Assembly: GCA_031362565.1 (NCBI GenBank)
Contig: JANLSU010000003.1
Coordinates: 40,512 to 104,511, forward strand
Direction: 5' to 3'
Source of the DNA: a bacterium
Lineage (GTDB): Bacteria; Krumholzibacteriota; Krumholzibacteriia; G020349025
Length of the DNA stretch: 64,000 bases
Shown here: one piece after another, positions 19,456-28,827 of the stretch
Numbering within the stretch: the first letter of the stretch is position 1
How the letters are laid out: every line of letters begins with the position of its first letter
Program-made: the position numbers and the translations under genes
The notes under the pieces: generated by a model
The model's input: the letters and a program-made list of their open reading frames with translations, nothing else
Told to the model about the DNA's origin: nothing
Databases searched by the model: none

Positions 19456-19632
19456 GTAAACCTCGTGCGGTCTGGAGGCGCCGGGTCGAGTCCCCCGGCA
19501 ACGAACGGCCGGACGAGTTCAGCCGGACCGGGCACGCCGGTGGAGAACCACCGCGCGGCACGGACGGCGCACGAGCCGGGGACCCCATCCACGGCAGACG
19601 AAGCGGGGCGGCGCAAGCCGCCTCGCTTTTTT
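19456..19632 (+). ncRNA. Candidate structured small RNA or attenuator leader
   Basis: TATACT -10 at 19444; closing stem CTCGTGCG (19462) / CGCACGAG (19568); internal hairpins; ends in an intrinsic terminator; no ORF with a start. Confidence 0.5.
19601..19632 (+). terminator. Rho-independent terminator
   Basis: AAGCGGGGCGGC-GCAA-GCCGCCTCGCTT followed by TTTT. Confidence 0.8.
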
Positions 19633-19678
19633 GTTGGGAGCGCCGTAGTACACTGCGGCGAACCGTGGAGGCACCGCC

Positions 19679-20062
19679 GTGAAGGAACTCATCGTTGTCG
19701 GAGACCGAGTTCTCGTCGTGCCCGAAGAGGGCGAGGAGCGCACGCAGGTCGGCCTGTACTTGCCACAGACTGCGATCGACGCCCGGCAGGTGCAGGGCGG
19801 CCGCGTCACCGCACTCGGCCCCGGCATTCCCGTCTCGGCTCCGGACGCGAATGACGAAGAACCCTGGAAGCGGCAGCGGCCGCAGCCGCGCTATATGCCG
19901 ATGCAGGTGCGCGTCGGCGATTACGCGATCTTCTTCCGGCGCGCCAGCGTCGACATCACGTTCGAGGGCAAACGTTACTTCGTGGTGCCGCACGATGCGA
20001 TCCTGGTCGTTGTGCGCGACGACGGCGTCGAGCCGTTAGCGGCTGTCGTCTTGCCGAAGTGA
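19679..20062 (+). CDS. Co-chaperonin GroES/Cpn10 family protein (orphan, extended)
   Basis: GDRVLV, GLYLP, GRVTALGPG, MQVRVGD, AILVVV; GGAGG RBS; no groEL nearby. Confidence 0.88.
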   Translation: MKELIVVGDRVLVVPEEGEERTQVGLYLPQTAIDARQVQGGRVTALGPGIPVSAPDANDEEPWKRQRPQPRYMPMQVRVGDYAIFFRRASVDITFEGKRYFVVPHDAILVVVRDDGVEPLAAVVLPK

Positions 20063-21393
20063 ACGCCGATTCGACCGGCGGCGCCGGGCGCGTGGTGCGT
20101 TGGATCTGCATCGCGGTCATCGCACTCACCAGCCTCGAGTTCGTGGTCGCGACGACCGGCGTGTTGCTGCGCCAACCGGCCCCCGCGCACACTGACTTTG
20201 CGTCCTACTACATGGCCGGAGTGTTGGCGCGCGAACACCGATCGCCGTACGACGCCGCGGCGCTCGTGGCGCGCTCCGAGGCACTGGGGCTCGGGCAGAG
20301 CACCTATCCGTTCGTGTATCCACCCCCCTTCGCGATCGCGATGCGGGCGCTCGCCGCATTGCCTTTCGAAACCGCGCGGCGAATCTGGATCCTGCTCACT
20401 ACGGTCGCATTGTTCGGCATGCTTGGCGCGACCTGGCGGCTCGGGCGAGCGTTGTCGGCCCGTCTCGAGATCACGAGTCCTCTCGCCGGCTGGCTCGTGA
20501 TGGCGGCCTTCGCGCCGGCCGCGCTCAACTCCGCGAGCGTGCACAGCGACATTCGCGTCGGTTCCGTCGGAGTGCTATTCGGCGCCTGCACGGCGATCAT
20601 CGCCTGGCGTTCACTTGCCGGAGCGCGGCCGTCGCCGTGGGTCGGACTCGTCTTGGCACTCGCAGCGCTCGCCAAGACGACGCCCGTAGTTCTGATCGCG
20701 TGGGTGGCGTGGCGCGGTGCGCGCCGCACGGCGGCTTGGAGTGTCGCGTGGTTGGGGCTCGCGTTCGTGCCGGCGGTGTGGGTGTGGGGCCCGGGGATTA
20801 TCGGCGATTGGTTGCAGCACGGCGTGCTTGCAAGGCTCGCGGTACCAAGCGGCTGGGCTCATAATCAGAGTTTGAATGCGGCCCTGTTGCGGCTCTGCGT
20901 GCCGGCGGCGCTCGATGGCGTGACGGTGCGCGCGCCGCTGTTGCAACAAGTCCTCGTGTGGGCATTGACGGCGGGCGTCGCAGTCTCGACCTGGAGTTGC
21001 GTGCGCATTCGTTCACGCCCCGCAGCAATGTTACCGCTCGAGTGCAGCCTGATCGTCCTTGCCATCCTCATCGTGACCCCCATCACCTGGGTGCACACGA
21101 TGGCCGCACTGTTGTTCGTGTGGCCGGTGCAGATGCTCGTTCTGGCGCGCGCCGCCGCGCAGCGCTGGAAATGGACGCCGCACGCCACTTGGGCTGCATG
21201 CGCCGGTTTTTTCCTGTCGTCGGCGCATTTGCCGGTGCTGTGGGGAACCGCACTGCATCACCGCCCGTGGGTCGCACTGACGACGCTCCCCTTGGCCGGC
21301 ATGCTCATCTCCTTCGCAACGTGCGTTGTCCTCCTGCACCACGCTCCCGTGGTCGCAGCAGCAACCCCGGGCGCCATTCGTCAATCGGCGTAG
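20059..21393 (+). CDS. GT87/DUF2029 membrane glycosyltransferase
   Basis: DFASYY, FVYPPPFA, LAK, NQSL, PITWVH; many TM helices. Confidence 0.85.
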   Translation: MNADSTGGAGRVVRWICIAVIALTSLEFVVATTGVLLRQPAPAHTDFASYYMAGVLAREHRSPYDAAALVARSEALGLGQSTYPFVYPPPFAIAMRALAALPFETARRIWILLTTVALFGMLGATWRLGRALSARLEITSPLAGWLVMAAFAPAALNSASVHSDIRVGSVGVLFGACTAIIAWRSLAGARPSPWVGLVLALAALAKTTPVVLIAWVAWRGARRTAAWSVAWLGLAFVPAVWVWGPGIIGDWLQHGVLARLAVPSGWAHNQSLNAALLRLCVPAALDGVTVRAPLLQQVLVWALTAGVAVSTWSCVRIRSRPAAMLPLECSLIVLAILIVTPITWVHTMAALLFVWPVQMLVLARAAAQRWKWTPHATWAACAGFFLSSAHLPVLWGTALHHRPWVALTTLPLAGMLISFATCVVLLHHAPVVAAATPGAIRQSA

Positions 21394-21501
21394 CGGAGAA
21401 CTGTCAATCGCGTTGACACTCGGGCGAATGGATTCCGTTGGGCGAGGGGTTCGCGTCGACAGCAACAGCACTGAGGTTTGCAGCACTGACGTCGCGAGAG
21501 T

Positions 21502-21519
21502 TTGTGAATCTTTTCACAA
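21502..21519. promoter_or_regulatory. Rex operator-like palindrome
   Basis: TTGTGAA-TCTT-TTCACAA, an exact match to the Rex consensus TTGTGAA-N4-TTCACAA. Confidence 0.65.
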
Positions 21520-21600
21520 CTCGTTCTGGAACGAGTTACGCGCTGGGTTAACGTTCTGTTTCTGAACGCGTTGGATGCGGCGACGACGTCTTGGTCGACT

Positions 21601-22584
21601 TCAGCGCGATGTCGCCACCAGGCGTCCGAAGGCTTCCTTGAGGCCGTCGTGGAGGGCGCGTTCGTCGGCGGGCGCCCAATCCCCGTGGTCGTCACGAACG
21701 AACGACGTCTTGTCGACGCGGTTGTCGAAACGCGCCGCCGGTAGATGAAATGCCTTGCCGCGCGTCGCGACCCCCACCGTGCCGGAGCGGTCACTCGTCT
21801 CCATGAGATAGGTCATGTCGTCAGTGCCGTAGTCTTCGAGCATGACACGGCGCGGCACGCCGTGGTGCAGGATCGACGCATCACCGTCGGGGCCCGGCTT
21901 CGCACGCGCCTCGTTCTTGCGGCGCGATTCCTCCGGCGTCACCCAGATGTAGAGAATCGACGCGCGCTCCAGGATGCTGTCCGAGAGTTGCGCCAGCGAA
22001 TACTGGTATCCGAGCGGTGCCGGCAGAGGCGGGGTCGCGCCATCGGGCCCGCCGCGCGCGAACTCGATCACGATCGTCTTGTTCGAGAGATCGCGCCCGC
22101 GTTGCATTTCGGCCACCTTGTCGTCCAACAACTTGCGCGCATCGGCCTCGAGTGCATCCACGAGCCCGGCGCGCGTGCGTGAATCGAGTGTCGCGAACTT
22201 CGGCTCGGCGCCGACTTTCGCGCGCGCCGCGTCGAAGCGATCGAGCAGCCACGCCGCCGCCGCGGCCGGCGCAATCCGCGGCTGGCGCCGCAGATCCTCA
22301 TAGTCCTCGTTCACCAGTTCGATGAGCGTGCCCCAATCCTTGGTGTCGATCATCGGCTCGTCGCTCGACCGGAAAAACACTCCCTCCTGGCCGCGCGCCC
22401 GCAGTTCTTCCGAGATGCGGCGCATCATGTGCACGTACGGGTAGTCGTCGAGTTGCACCGTCTCGCCGAGATGGAAGCCGTTCAGCGCTTCGTCACCCGA
22501 CAGCGTCGCGAGGTACGAGCGGACCTCCGACTTCCCGGATGCAGGCAGCGCGAGCAACAAGACAAGTTCGAGGGGTCGAGCCAT
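21601..22584 (-). CDS. Uncharacterised P-loop NTPase/kinase-like protein
   Basis: N-terminal [28 protein letters not shown] lid-like motif. Confidence 0.75.
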   Translation of the reverse strand: MARPLELVLLLALPASGKSEVRSYLATLSGDEALNGFHLGETVQLDDYPYVHMMRRISEELRARGQEGVFFRSSDEPMIDTKDWGTLIELVNEDYEDLRRQPRIAPAAAAAWLLDRFDAARAKVGAEPKFATLDSRTRAGLVDALEADARKLLDDKVAEMQRGRDLSNKTIVIEFARGGPDGATPPLPAPLGYQYSLAQLSDSILERASILYIWVTPEESRRKNEARAKPGPDGDASILHHGVPRRVMLEDYGTDDMTYLMETSDRSGTVGVATRGKAFHLPAARFDNRVDKTSFVRDDHGDWAPADERALHDGLKEAFGRLVATSR

Positions 22585-22694
22585 GAGAGCCTCCGCGTTG
22601 AATTCGGCCTCCAGCCTAACACCAGGCGTGGCGCCGGGGTGCGAGCCCAGGTGTTGCGGGCCCCGGCGCGGCCCCCCAACCATTGCCCCAGGGG

Positions 22695-22734
22695 TTGACA
22701 GACTTGCTTCTATCGTTTATCGTCGATTAACGAT
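22695..22734 (+). promoter_or_regulatory. Sigma70 promoter with overlapping ArsR-type operator
   Basis: TTGACA (22695)-17 nt-TATCGT (22718). Imperfect 11-1-11 inverted repeat ATCGTTTATCG-T-CGATTAACGAT (22712-22734) covers the -10 and the start codon. Confidence 0.8.
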
Positions 22735-23125
22735 GAATACTGAACATGACATCCAAGATCGAGGCCCGAGCGGCGACGAAACCTGTTGTGGAACAAGCGC
22801 TTCCGCGTCTGCATCGCCCTCCGGGGCGGATGCGGACCTGGCGGCGCTCGCCAAGGCGCTCGGCCACCCGGTCCGCGTGGCGATCCTGCGGCACCTGCTG
22901 CAGCGGGGCGAGTGCGTCTGCGGTGACATCGTCGGGATGCTGCCGCTCGCCCAGTCGACCGTCTCGCAGCACCTCAAGGTGCTGAAGGATGCGGGACTCG
23001 TGCGCGGCACCATCGAAGGGCCGCGCGTCTGTTACTGCGCCGACCCCGCGGCCGTGCGCCGCGTGCACGATCTCGCGCTCGCATTGTTGCCGGGCGCGAT
23101 TCAACCGAGCGAACCGGGCGCGTGA
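22733..23125 (+). CDS. arsR: ArsR/SmtB family repressor
   Basis: [31 protein letters not shown]-terminal CC; adjacent to arsM. Confidence 0.92.
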   Translation: MNTEHDIQDRGPSGDETCCGTSASASASPSGADADLAALAKALGHPVRVAILRHLLQRGECVCGDIVGMLPLAQSTVSQHLKVLKDAGLVRGTIEGPRVCYCADPAAVRRVHDLALALLPGAIQPSEPGA

Positions 23126-23162
23126 CGGGCCACTGTTGCGCTCCGATCACAGGAGGCCTCTC

Positions 23163-23966
23163 ATGTCCGACACTCTTCGACCGGCTACGAGTCCGAACGA
23201 AATCCGCACCATGGTGCGGGAGAAATACGGCGCCATCGCGGTGGGCGGCGAGTCGTGTTGCGGTCCACAGGGCGGTTGCGGCGCTGCAGCCCCCGAAACC
23301 GTTCTCGAACAAATCGGCTACACGGACGCGCAAGCGGCGGCGATTCCCGAAGGCACGAATCTCGGCCTGGGCTGCGGCAATCCGCTTGCATTCGCCGCCG
23401 TGCAGCGGGGCGAGACCGTGCTCGATCTGGGTTCGGGCGCCGGCATCGACGCATTCCTCGCCGCCCGCGAAGTCGGGCCCACGGGCCACGTCATCGGTGT
23501 CGACATGACACACGCCATGCTCGAAAAAGCGCGCGGCGCCGCCCTGAAGCATGGCTACACGAACGTCGAATTCCGCTTGGGCGAGATCGAACATCTGCCG
23601 GTTGCCGATGCGAGCGTCGACGTCATCATTTCGAACTGCGTCATCAATCTGTCGCCCGACAAGGCCCAGGTGTTCCGCGAAGCATGGCGCGTCCTGCGCC
23701 CGGGCGGCCGTTTCTTGGTGAGCGACATCGTGCTGTTGCGCCCCTTGGCGCCCGAGATCCGCAGCTCAGTGGAAGCCTACGTGGGATGTGTCGCCGGTGC
23801 GTCCTTGCGCCAAGACTACCTGGCGGCCATTCAAGCCGCAGGCTTCGTCGATGTCGAAGTCGTGCAGGAAAACCCGTACACCGTCGGCACCGAAACCGCA
23901 TCGCCCGAATACCGCGACGGCCTGCACTCGGTCGCCTCGGCCAAGGTGCGGGCGCGCAAGCCCTGA
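23163..23966 (+). CDS. arsM: Arsenite S-adenosylmethionine methyltransferase
   Basis: SCC, LGLGCGNP, LDLGSGAGID, ISNCVINLSPDK, VGCVAGA; AGGAGG RBS. Confidence 0.95.
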   Translation: MSDTLRPATSPNEIRTMVREKYGAIAVGGESCCGPQGGCGAAAPETVLEQIGYTDAQAAAIPEGTNLGLGCGNPLAFAAVQRGETVLDLGSGAGIDAFLAAREVGPTGHVIGVDMTHAMLEKARGAALKHGYTNVEFRLGEIEHLPVADASVDVIISNCVINLSPDKAQVFREAWRVLRPGGRFLVSDIVLLRPLAPEIRSSVEAYVGCVAGASLRQDYLAAIQAAGFVDVEVVQENPYTVGTETASPEYRDGLHSVASAKVRARKP

Positions 23967-24345
23967 GGGCAGCGCGGACGTGCCGTCGCAGGTGGCAAGC
24001 GCTGCCGGCGGCGGACCTGAAACTTCTGGTGAGGAAAAGGGGCGTTCCTGGCGCCGATCCGCACTTGCGCCGCCGTCCCTGCCCCATTATTTTGCCGGTG
24101 CCCACCTCGCCTCAATGACCTTGGTTCGCAATGCATCGAGTCCCGCATCCGGCCGGCGTGCATGTGCGCCACCGGATGTTGCGCGCGCGGCAGTGCCCCT
24201 CCACACGCCGCGCGCGCCCCTGACCACGTGCGATCGCAGTGGCCCGCGGTGCGTCGGCCGCCGCACTCTGCCGGTCCCGCGGCGCCGCGCCGCGCCGACC
24301 CCGCGGGCATTGCTGTGCACGCACATCGTCGCTAGTCTCGGCGGA

Positions 24346-25236
24346 ATGAAGACTGCGACGCCGCGCACCGAGCAGAAAATCGTCCGGCCGGCGCTTTTCA
24401 TGGCCTGGGTGTGCGCCCTGCTCGCCTGCTCTGCTACCACGGCTCTGGCGGTTGCGGTCGAGCCGGCAGCACCGCTGCCGGAATTCATGCTCACCGATCG
24501 CACCGCGCGAGCTCTCGGTGTCGTCGCCGGCGACACCGTCGATGTGTCACCCGACGCGGCAATGCGCGGTGGACGCGCCTTTCGTGTCGCCGCCGTCTAC
24601 CGGCCGCATGCCGACCCGTACGAGGTCGGCTTTGGACGCCGCGCCGTGCGCCTGCATCTGCCGGATCTCGAATCGCTGCTCGGCAGTAACGACCGCGTCG
24701 ACCGGTTCGTCTTGAAACTGCGCGATCCATCTCAGAGCGACGCCCTCGCCGCCGACGTCGACGCCGCCGGGCTCGGGCTGCGCGCTTACACATCCGGTGA
24801 CCTCGCACGCCGTTCGTCCTCGACCTTCGTGGTCGTGTCGCAGTTTCACAAAGCCATCGGCTTCGTGAGTCTGCTCGCCGGGCTCGTCTTTCTCGTCGCA
24901 CTCATGGTGCTCAAGTTCGAGGCGATGCGCCGCGAACTCGCGACGCTCCGCCTCATCGGCATCGCCCGCCGCACGTTGCTGGGCACCGTCGTCACTATCG
25001 CTGCCGCGGTCGCGGTCTTGGGCAGTGCGGTCGGCGTCGGGCTCGGCGCACTCGCGGTGTCGATCATCAACCCGCTGGCGCGCCACCGCTATGACAGCGA
25101 CCTCGTCTTCGCGCGCCTCGACTGGGGCGTGGTTGCCCTGGCCGTTGCACTGTCGCTCCTGCTCGGTGTGTTGGCTGGACTTCTGGTGGCGCTCCGCCAC
25201 GCTCGCGGCGATGTCTTGGGTCAGATCGGCAGATGA
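24346..25236 (+). CDS. FtsX/MacB-type ABC permease lacking TM1 (signal peptide, distal periplasmic part, 3 TM)
   Basis: ARALGVVAGDTV, FRVAAVY, RRELATLRLIG, C-terminal TMs; N-terminus looks like a signal peptide ending ALA. Confidence 0.85.
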   Translation: MKTATPRTEQKIVRPALFMAWVCALLACSATTALAVAVEPAAPLPEFMLTDRTARALGVVAGDTVDVSPDAAMRGGRAFRVAAVYRPHADPYEVGFGRRAVRLHLPDLESLLGSNDRVDRFVLKLRDPSQSDALAADVDAAGLGLRAYTSGDLARRSSSTFVVVSQFHKAIGFVSLLAGLVFLVALMVLKFEAMRRELATLRLIGIARRTLLGTVVTIAAAVAVLGSAVGVGLGALAVSIINPLARHRYDSDLVFARLDWGVVALAVALSLLLGVLAGLLVALRHARGDVLGQIGR

Positions 25237-25237
25237 C

Positions 25238-26434
25238 ATGATCGGTTTCTTGGCTCGCAAAGGCCTGTTCCGGCACCGCACCCGCACCCTTCTCGCGGTC
25301 CTCGGGGTGGGGATCTCGGGCGCGCTCCTGCTCGACATGCAAATGCTCTCACGCGGCCTACAGGTGAGCCTGCAACGCGTGTTGCGCGATATCGGCTACG
25401 AGGTACGGGTCACGCCGCGCGGCACTCTGCCCTTCGAAACCGAAGCCAGCTTCGCAGGCGGTCATGCGATCGCGGCGGCAATCGCCGCCGATCCGCGCGT
25501 CGAGCGCGTCGCACCGGTCTTGGGCGGCACCGCCTACGCGGCGCGGTCGGGCGGCAGTGCGCAACCGGTTTTCATCTATGGAATGGATCCGCCCACGGAA
25601 ACTCTGTGGCGCATCACGGCCGGACAAAGCCTCGACGCCGCCACGCCCGCCGGTGCCGTGCTGAGCGTCGCGTTGGCGCGTGACCTGGGAATCGGCCTCG
25701 GCGACACGCTGTACGTGGCGCGGGGTTTTTCGGCGGCGCTCGGGATGCTCGAGACACCGCGCGCCTATACGGTCCGCGGCCTGGCCGATTTTCGCTTCGA
25801 CTTGCGCAACCAACGCAGTCTCGCCGTTCTGACCCGTGAAGCACAGACCGTGCGCGGCGCTCTCGAGCGCGATGAACTGTCGATGCTCGTCATCGCGCTG
25901 CACGACCGCGCCACGAGCGATGCCGTTGCGGTCTGGATCCGCGACCGCTTCCCGCAAGTCGAAGCCTATTCGGTGCGTGAAATGCTGGATGCGGTCCAAG
26001 GCCAGCTCGCCTACTTCAATCTGTTCTCACTGGTCTTGGGCGGCGTGAGCTTGGTGGTGTGCGTGTTGCTCGTGGGTACCATCATCACCTTGTCGCTCGG
26101 CGAGCGTATCGGCGAAATGGCCATCCTTCGGGCGCTCGGCGTGCGGCGGCGGCGCATCGTGGGACTCGTCATGGTCGAGGGGCTGCTGCTGGTCGTGTTG
26201 TCGCTGCCGGTCGCCTTCGGCGCGGGCCGCGTCATCGCGTTCTGGCTGGACGGCATCCTGCGGCAAGCGCCGAGCATTCCGAGTGACCTGCATTTCTTCG
26301 TGCTGACGGCACGAGCGGCGGGACGCACGTTGCTGCTCCTGTTCGTCGCCGGCGCATTGGCGGGCGTGTATCCCGCCTGGCTCGTGTCGCGGCTCCGCAT
26401 CGCGACGACGTTGCACCGCGAGGTGATGGGATGA
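25238..26434 (+). CDS. FtsX/MacB-type ABC permease (full length)
   Basis: RHRTRTLLAVLGVGI, ERIGEMAILRALG, GVYPAW. Confidence 0.92.
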   Translation: MIGFLARKGLFRHRTRTLLAVLGVGISGALLLDMQMLSRGLQVSLQRVLRDIGYEVRVTPRGTLPFETEASFAGGHAIAAAIAADPRVERVAPVLGGTAYAARSGGSAQPVFIYGMDPPTETLWRITAGQSLDAATPAGAVLSVALARDLGIGLGDTLYVARGFSAALGMLETPRAYTVRGLADFRFDLRNQRSLAVLTREAQTVRGALERDELSMLVIALHDRATSDAVAVWIRDRFPQVEAYSVREMLDAVQGQLAYFNLFSLVLGGVSLVVCVLLVGTIITLSLGERIGEMAILRALGVRRRRIVGLVMVEGLLLVVLSLPVAFGAGRVIAFWLDGILRQAPSIPSDLHFFVLTARAAGRTLLLLFVAGALAGVYPAWLVSRLRIATTLHREVMG

Positions 26435-27135
26435 CGCCGTCAACCGCACCGCTACTGCCGCCGCCCGCGGCGGCACAAGACGTGGCGAAGGACTACCGGC
26501 TGGACGGCGAAACCGTCCATGCCTTGCGTGGCGTGACGATGACCGTCGCCGGCAACGATTTCGTCGCGATCATCGGGCCTTCGGGCTGCGGCAAGTCGAC
26601 ACTCCTGCATGTCCTGGGAGCGGTCGACGTGCCGACCGCCGGGCAACTGCGGTTCTTTGGGCGTGACGCCACGACGATGACCGACGCCGATCGCACCGCG
26701 CTACGCTTGCGCGCTTTTGGATTCGTGTTCCAGCGCTTCTTCCTTTTGCCGATGCTCACGGCCGCCGAAAATGTTTCGCTGCCGCTCCGCGAAGCCGGTA
26801 GCCCCAAGCGCGAACGCGACGCGCGGGTGCTGGAAACACTCGACTATGTCGGCCTCGGACATCGCGCCCGGCACAAGCCCGGGCAGATGTCCGGCGGCGA
26901 ACAACAGCGCGTGGCGATCGCGCGCGCCCTCGTCCACCGGCCCGGGCTTCTGCTTGCCGATGAGCCGACCGGCGAACTCGATGAAACGACCGGCAATCAG
27001 ATCGCCGCACTCCTCGAGCGCGTGCATGCGGGCGGCACGGCAGTCGTGCTGGTGACCCACAACATCGATCTCGCAGCGCGCGCCGGGCGCCGTCTCACCA
27101 TGCGGGACGGCCGCATCGTGGAGGACCACTCATGA
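26431..27135 (+). CDS. ABC transporter ATP-binding protein (LolD/MacB-type)
   Basis: [35 protein letters not shown]. Confidence 0.96.
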   Translation: MTPSTAPLLPPPAAAQDVAKDYRLDGETVHALRGVTMTVAGNDFVAIIGPSGCGKSTLLHVLGAVDVPTAGQLRFFGRDATTMTDADRTALRLRAFGFVFQRFFLLPMLTAAENVSLPLREAGSPKRERDARVLETLDYVGLGHRARHKPGQMSGGEQQRVAIARALVHRPGLLLADEPTGELDETTGNQIAALLERVHAGGTAVVLVTHNIDLAARAGRRLTMRDGRIVEDHS

Positions 27136-28724
27136 TCGCGCTCCTCACCCGGCGCACGCTCGGAGACCGGCCGCGTCGCACGGCGCTCCTGCTGCTTGGA
27201 TTCGGCATCGCCGTTGGGGTCATGGTGACGTTGTTGTCGATTGGCTCGGCGGTGCTCGAGCAAGCCCGCGACAAAGATCTCGTGGGCGGCGGTGATGTCG
27301 TCGTGTTGCCGCAAGGCGTCGATGTCGAGGTGCTGAAGGTGGGTGGCGCGACCGGCATGTTCTTCGCCATCGACGCGGCGCGTTTCATTTACCGACAGGT
27401 GTTGTCGGGACCACGCTTTGCACCTCGTTTGGCAGCGGTCCGAGCCCCCGCCTGGCGCGGCGAACCCAACCCACCGCCCTTGGCGGCGGCATCGCCGCTT
27501 CTGACCGGCAAGGTCGTCTATTTGCGGCGGCACGGCACGCGGGCGGCGCCGTTGCATGCGCTCGCGACCGGCGTCATTCCCAGCCTCGACCGCGCGGTCG
27601 CGGATCCGAGTGCACACCCACGCACCGGCACATCAACACCGCAACCCGGCGCACCGGCCACTGCATTCGCTTGGCGCGATTCCCGCGCCGATTCCATGTG
27701 GATGGAACCGCCCGTCGATTCGCTCTACGACGATCTCGATCATTTCCACCGCCCGCCCCCCGGCGCGCACGATCTCGATCGCTGGGCGGAATGGCTGTAC
27801 TTCAACTGCACCGAGCCGGCGTCCGGCCAGTACGCTTTCTTGAGTTTCATCGTCGCCGGCGATTGGCCCGCCGGCAAAGGACGCGCCCTGCCGCTCTTGC
27901 AAATCGTGCGGCCCGGAGAACCGCCGGCGCGTTTTGGCGCCGACTTGCCGCTCGCCACCGATGCCGTTGCGACCGATCGTGTCGACGTGCGCCTGACACC
28001 CGGCACGCGCGCTTGGTTCGAAGGTGGCGCGTGGCGGCTCAGACTCGACTACGACACGCCACGCGGCCATGTGAGTGGCGCCCTCGATGTCGAACCGCTG
28101 CGTGATCTCTACCAGCCGCCGTTCGTGATCCACGACAACCCGCAGTTCGTCTCCGGCTATGTCGTCGCCGCGGTTCGGGCCCGCGCCAACGGCTGGATCC
28201 AGGCCGGCCCGATGCGGCTCGAATTGCGCGATGCGCCGGCCTACCACGATCACAACTGGGGTACGTGGCGCGACGTGCACTGGGATTGGGGCACGGCGAG
28301 CAGTGAGCGGTACGGACTCTTCTACGGCCGCGTCGAACATCCCGAACTGCGGCCCGGGCGCTCGGGCGCCGGACTCTTCGCGATCGTCGCCGAGGCACGT
28401 TCGCCCACCCACCGCGGCGGCTTCTGGGCGCTCTTCCGTCCCGAGACGATCGTGTACGAATGGAACATGACACCGCCACCGCTGCCGGGGGCGCCGGTCC
28501 GTATCCCGCAAGCTCTCGAGCTGCGCGGTGACTCGCTCGACATCCGCGCCCAGGTCAGCGACGTGCTCGCAACGCCACCGCGCGCCCCCGGCGATTCGCT
28601 GGTCTTCTTGCAAGCGCGCGCGTTGTTTCAAGTGCGAACGAACGTCGGCGGACAATCGCTCGCCTTCGAAGCACCGGGATTCGCGGAGACTTTCGTACCT
28701 GGGACGCCGGCTCTGAAGCGCTGA
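27132..28724 (+). CDS. Fusion of MacB-permease N-terminus (TM1 + proximal periplasmic segment) and AttH/CrtC-like lipocalin domain
   Basis: N-terminus RPRRTALLLLGFGIAVGVMVTLLSIG resembles permease TM1; later WAEWLYFN, YHDHNWG, WDWG resemble AttH/CrtC motifs. Confidence 0.75.
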   Translation: MIALLTRRTLGDRPRRTALLLLGFGIAVGVMVTLLSIGSAVLEQARDKDLVGGGDVVVLPQGVDVEVLKVGGATGMFFAIDAARFIYRQVLSGPRFAPRLAAVRAPAWRGEPNPPPLAAASPLLTGKVVYLRRHGTRAAPLHALATGVIPSLDRAVADPSAHPRTGTSTPQPGAPATAFAWRDSRADSMWMEPPVDSLYDDLDHFHRPPPGAHDLDRWAEWLYFNCTEPASGQYAFLSFIVAGDWPAGKGRALPLLQIVRPGEPPARFGADLPLATDAVATDRVDVRLTPGTRAWFEGGAWRLRLDYDTPRGHVSGALDVEPLRDLYQPPFVIHDNPQFVSGYVVAAVRARANGWIQAGPMRLELRDAPAYHDHNWGTWRDVHWDWGTASSERYGLFYGRVEHPELRPGRSGAGLFAIVAEARSPTHRGGFWALFRPETIVYEWNMTPPPLPGAPVRIPQALELRGDSLDIRAQVSDVLATPPRAPGDSLVFLQARALFQVRTNVGGQSLAFEAPGFAETFVPGTPALKR

Positions 28725-28764
28725 ACCACAGCCGCGTGGGGAGCATCGCGCCCTGAAACGCAGC

Positions 28765-28786
28765 GGGGCCCACTTGCGCGGGCCCC
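28765..28786. terminator. Hairpin between convergent genes, probable terminator
   Basis: GGGGCCC-N8-GGGCCCC; weak U-tracts. Confidence 0.45.
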
Positions 28787-28827
28787 ACCGGTTCTTCAAT
28801 TACAGGGTCGTTGCTGTCCTGTGAGGA

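Noticed and set aside
21394..21600. oriC or dif site
   Set aside because: Only one imperfect DnaA-box-like 9-mer, no box cluster or unwinding element, and no XerC/D consensus.
23967..24345. 380-nt gap after arsM as a riboswitch or permease N-terminal extension
   Set aside because: Only generic GC hairpins and no recognisable aptamer; the in-frame upstream translation is low-complexity with no TM1.
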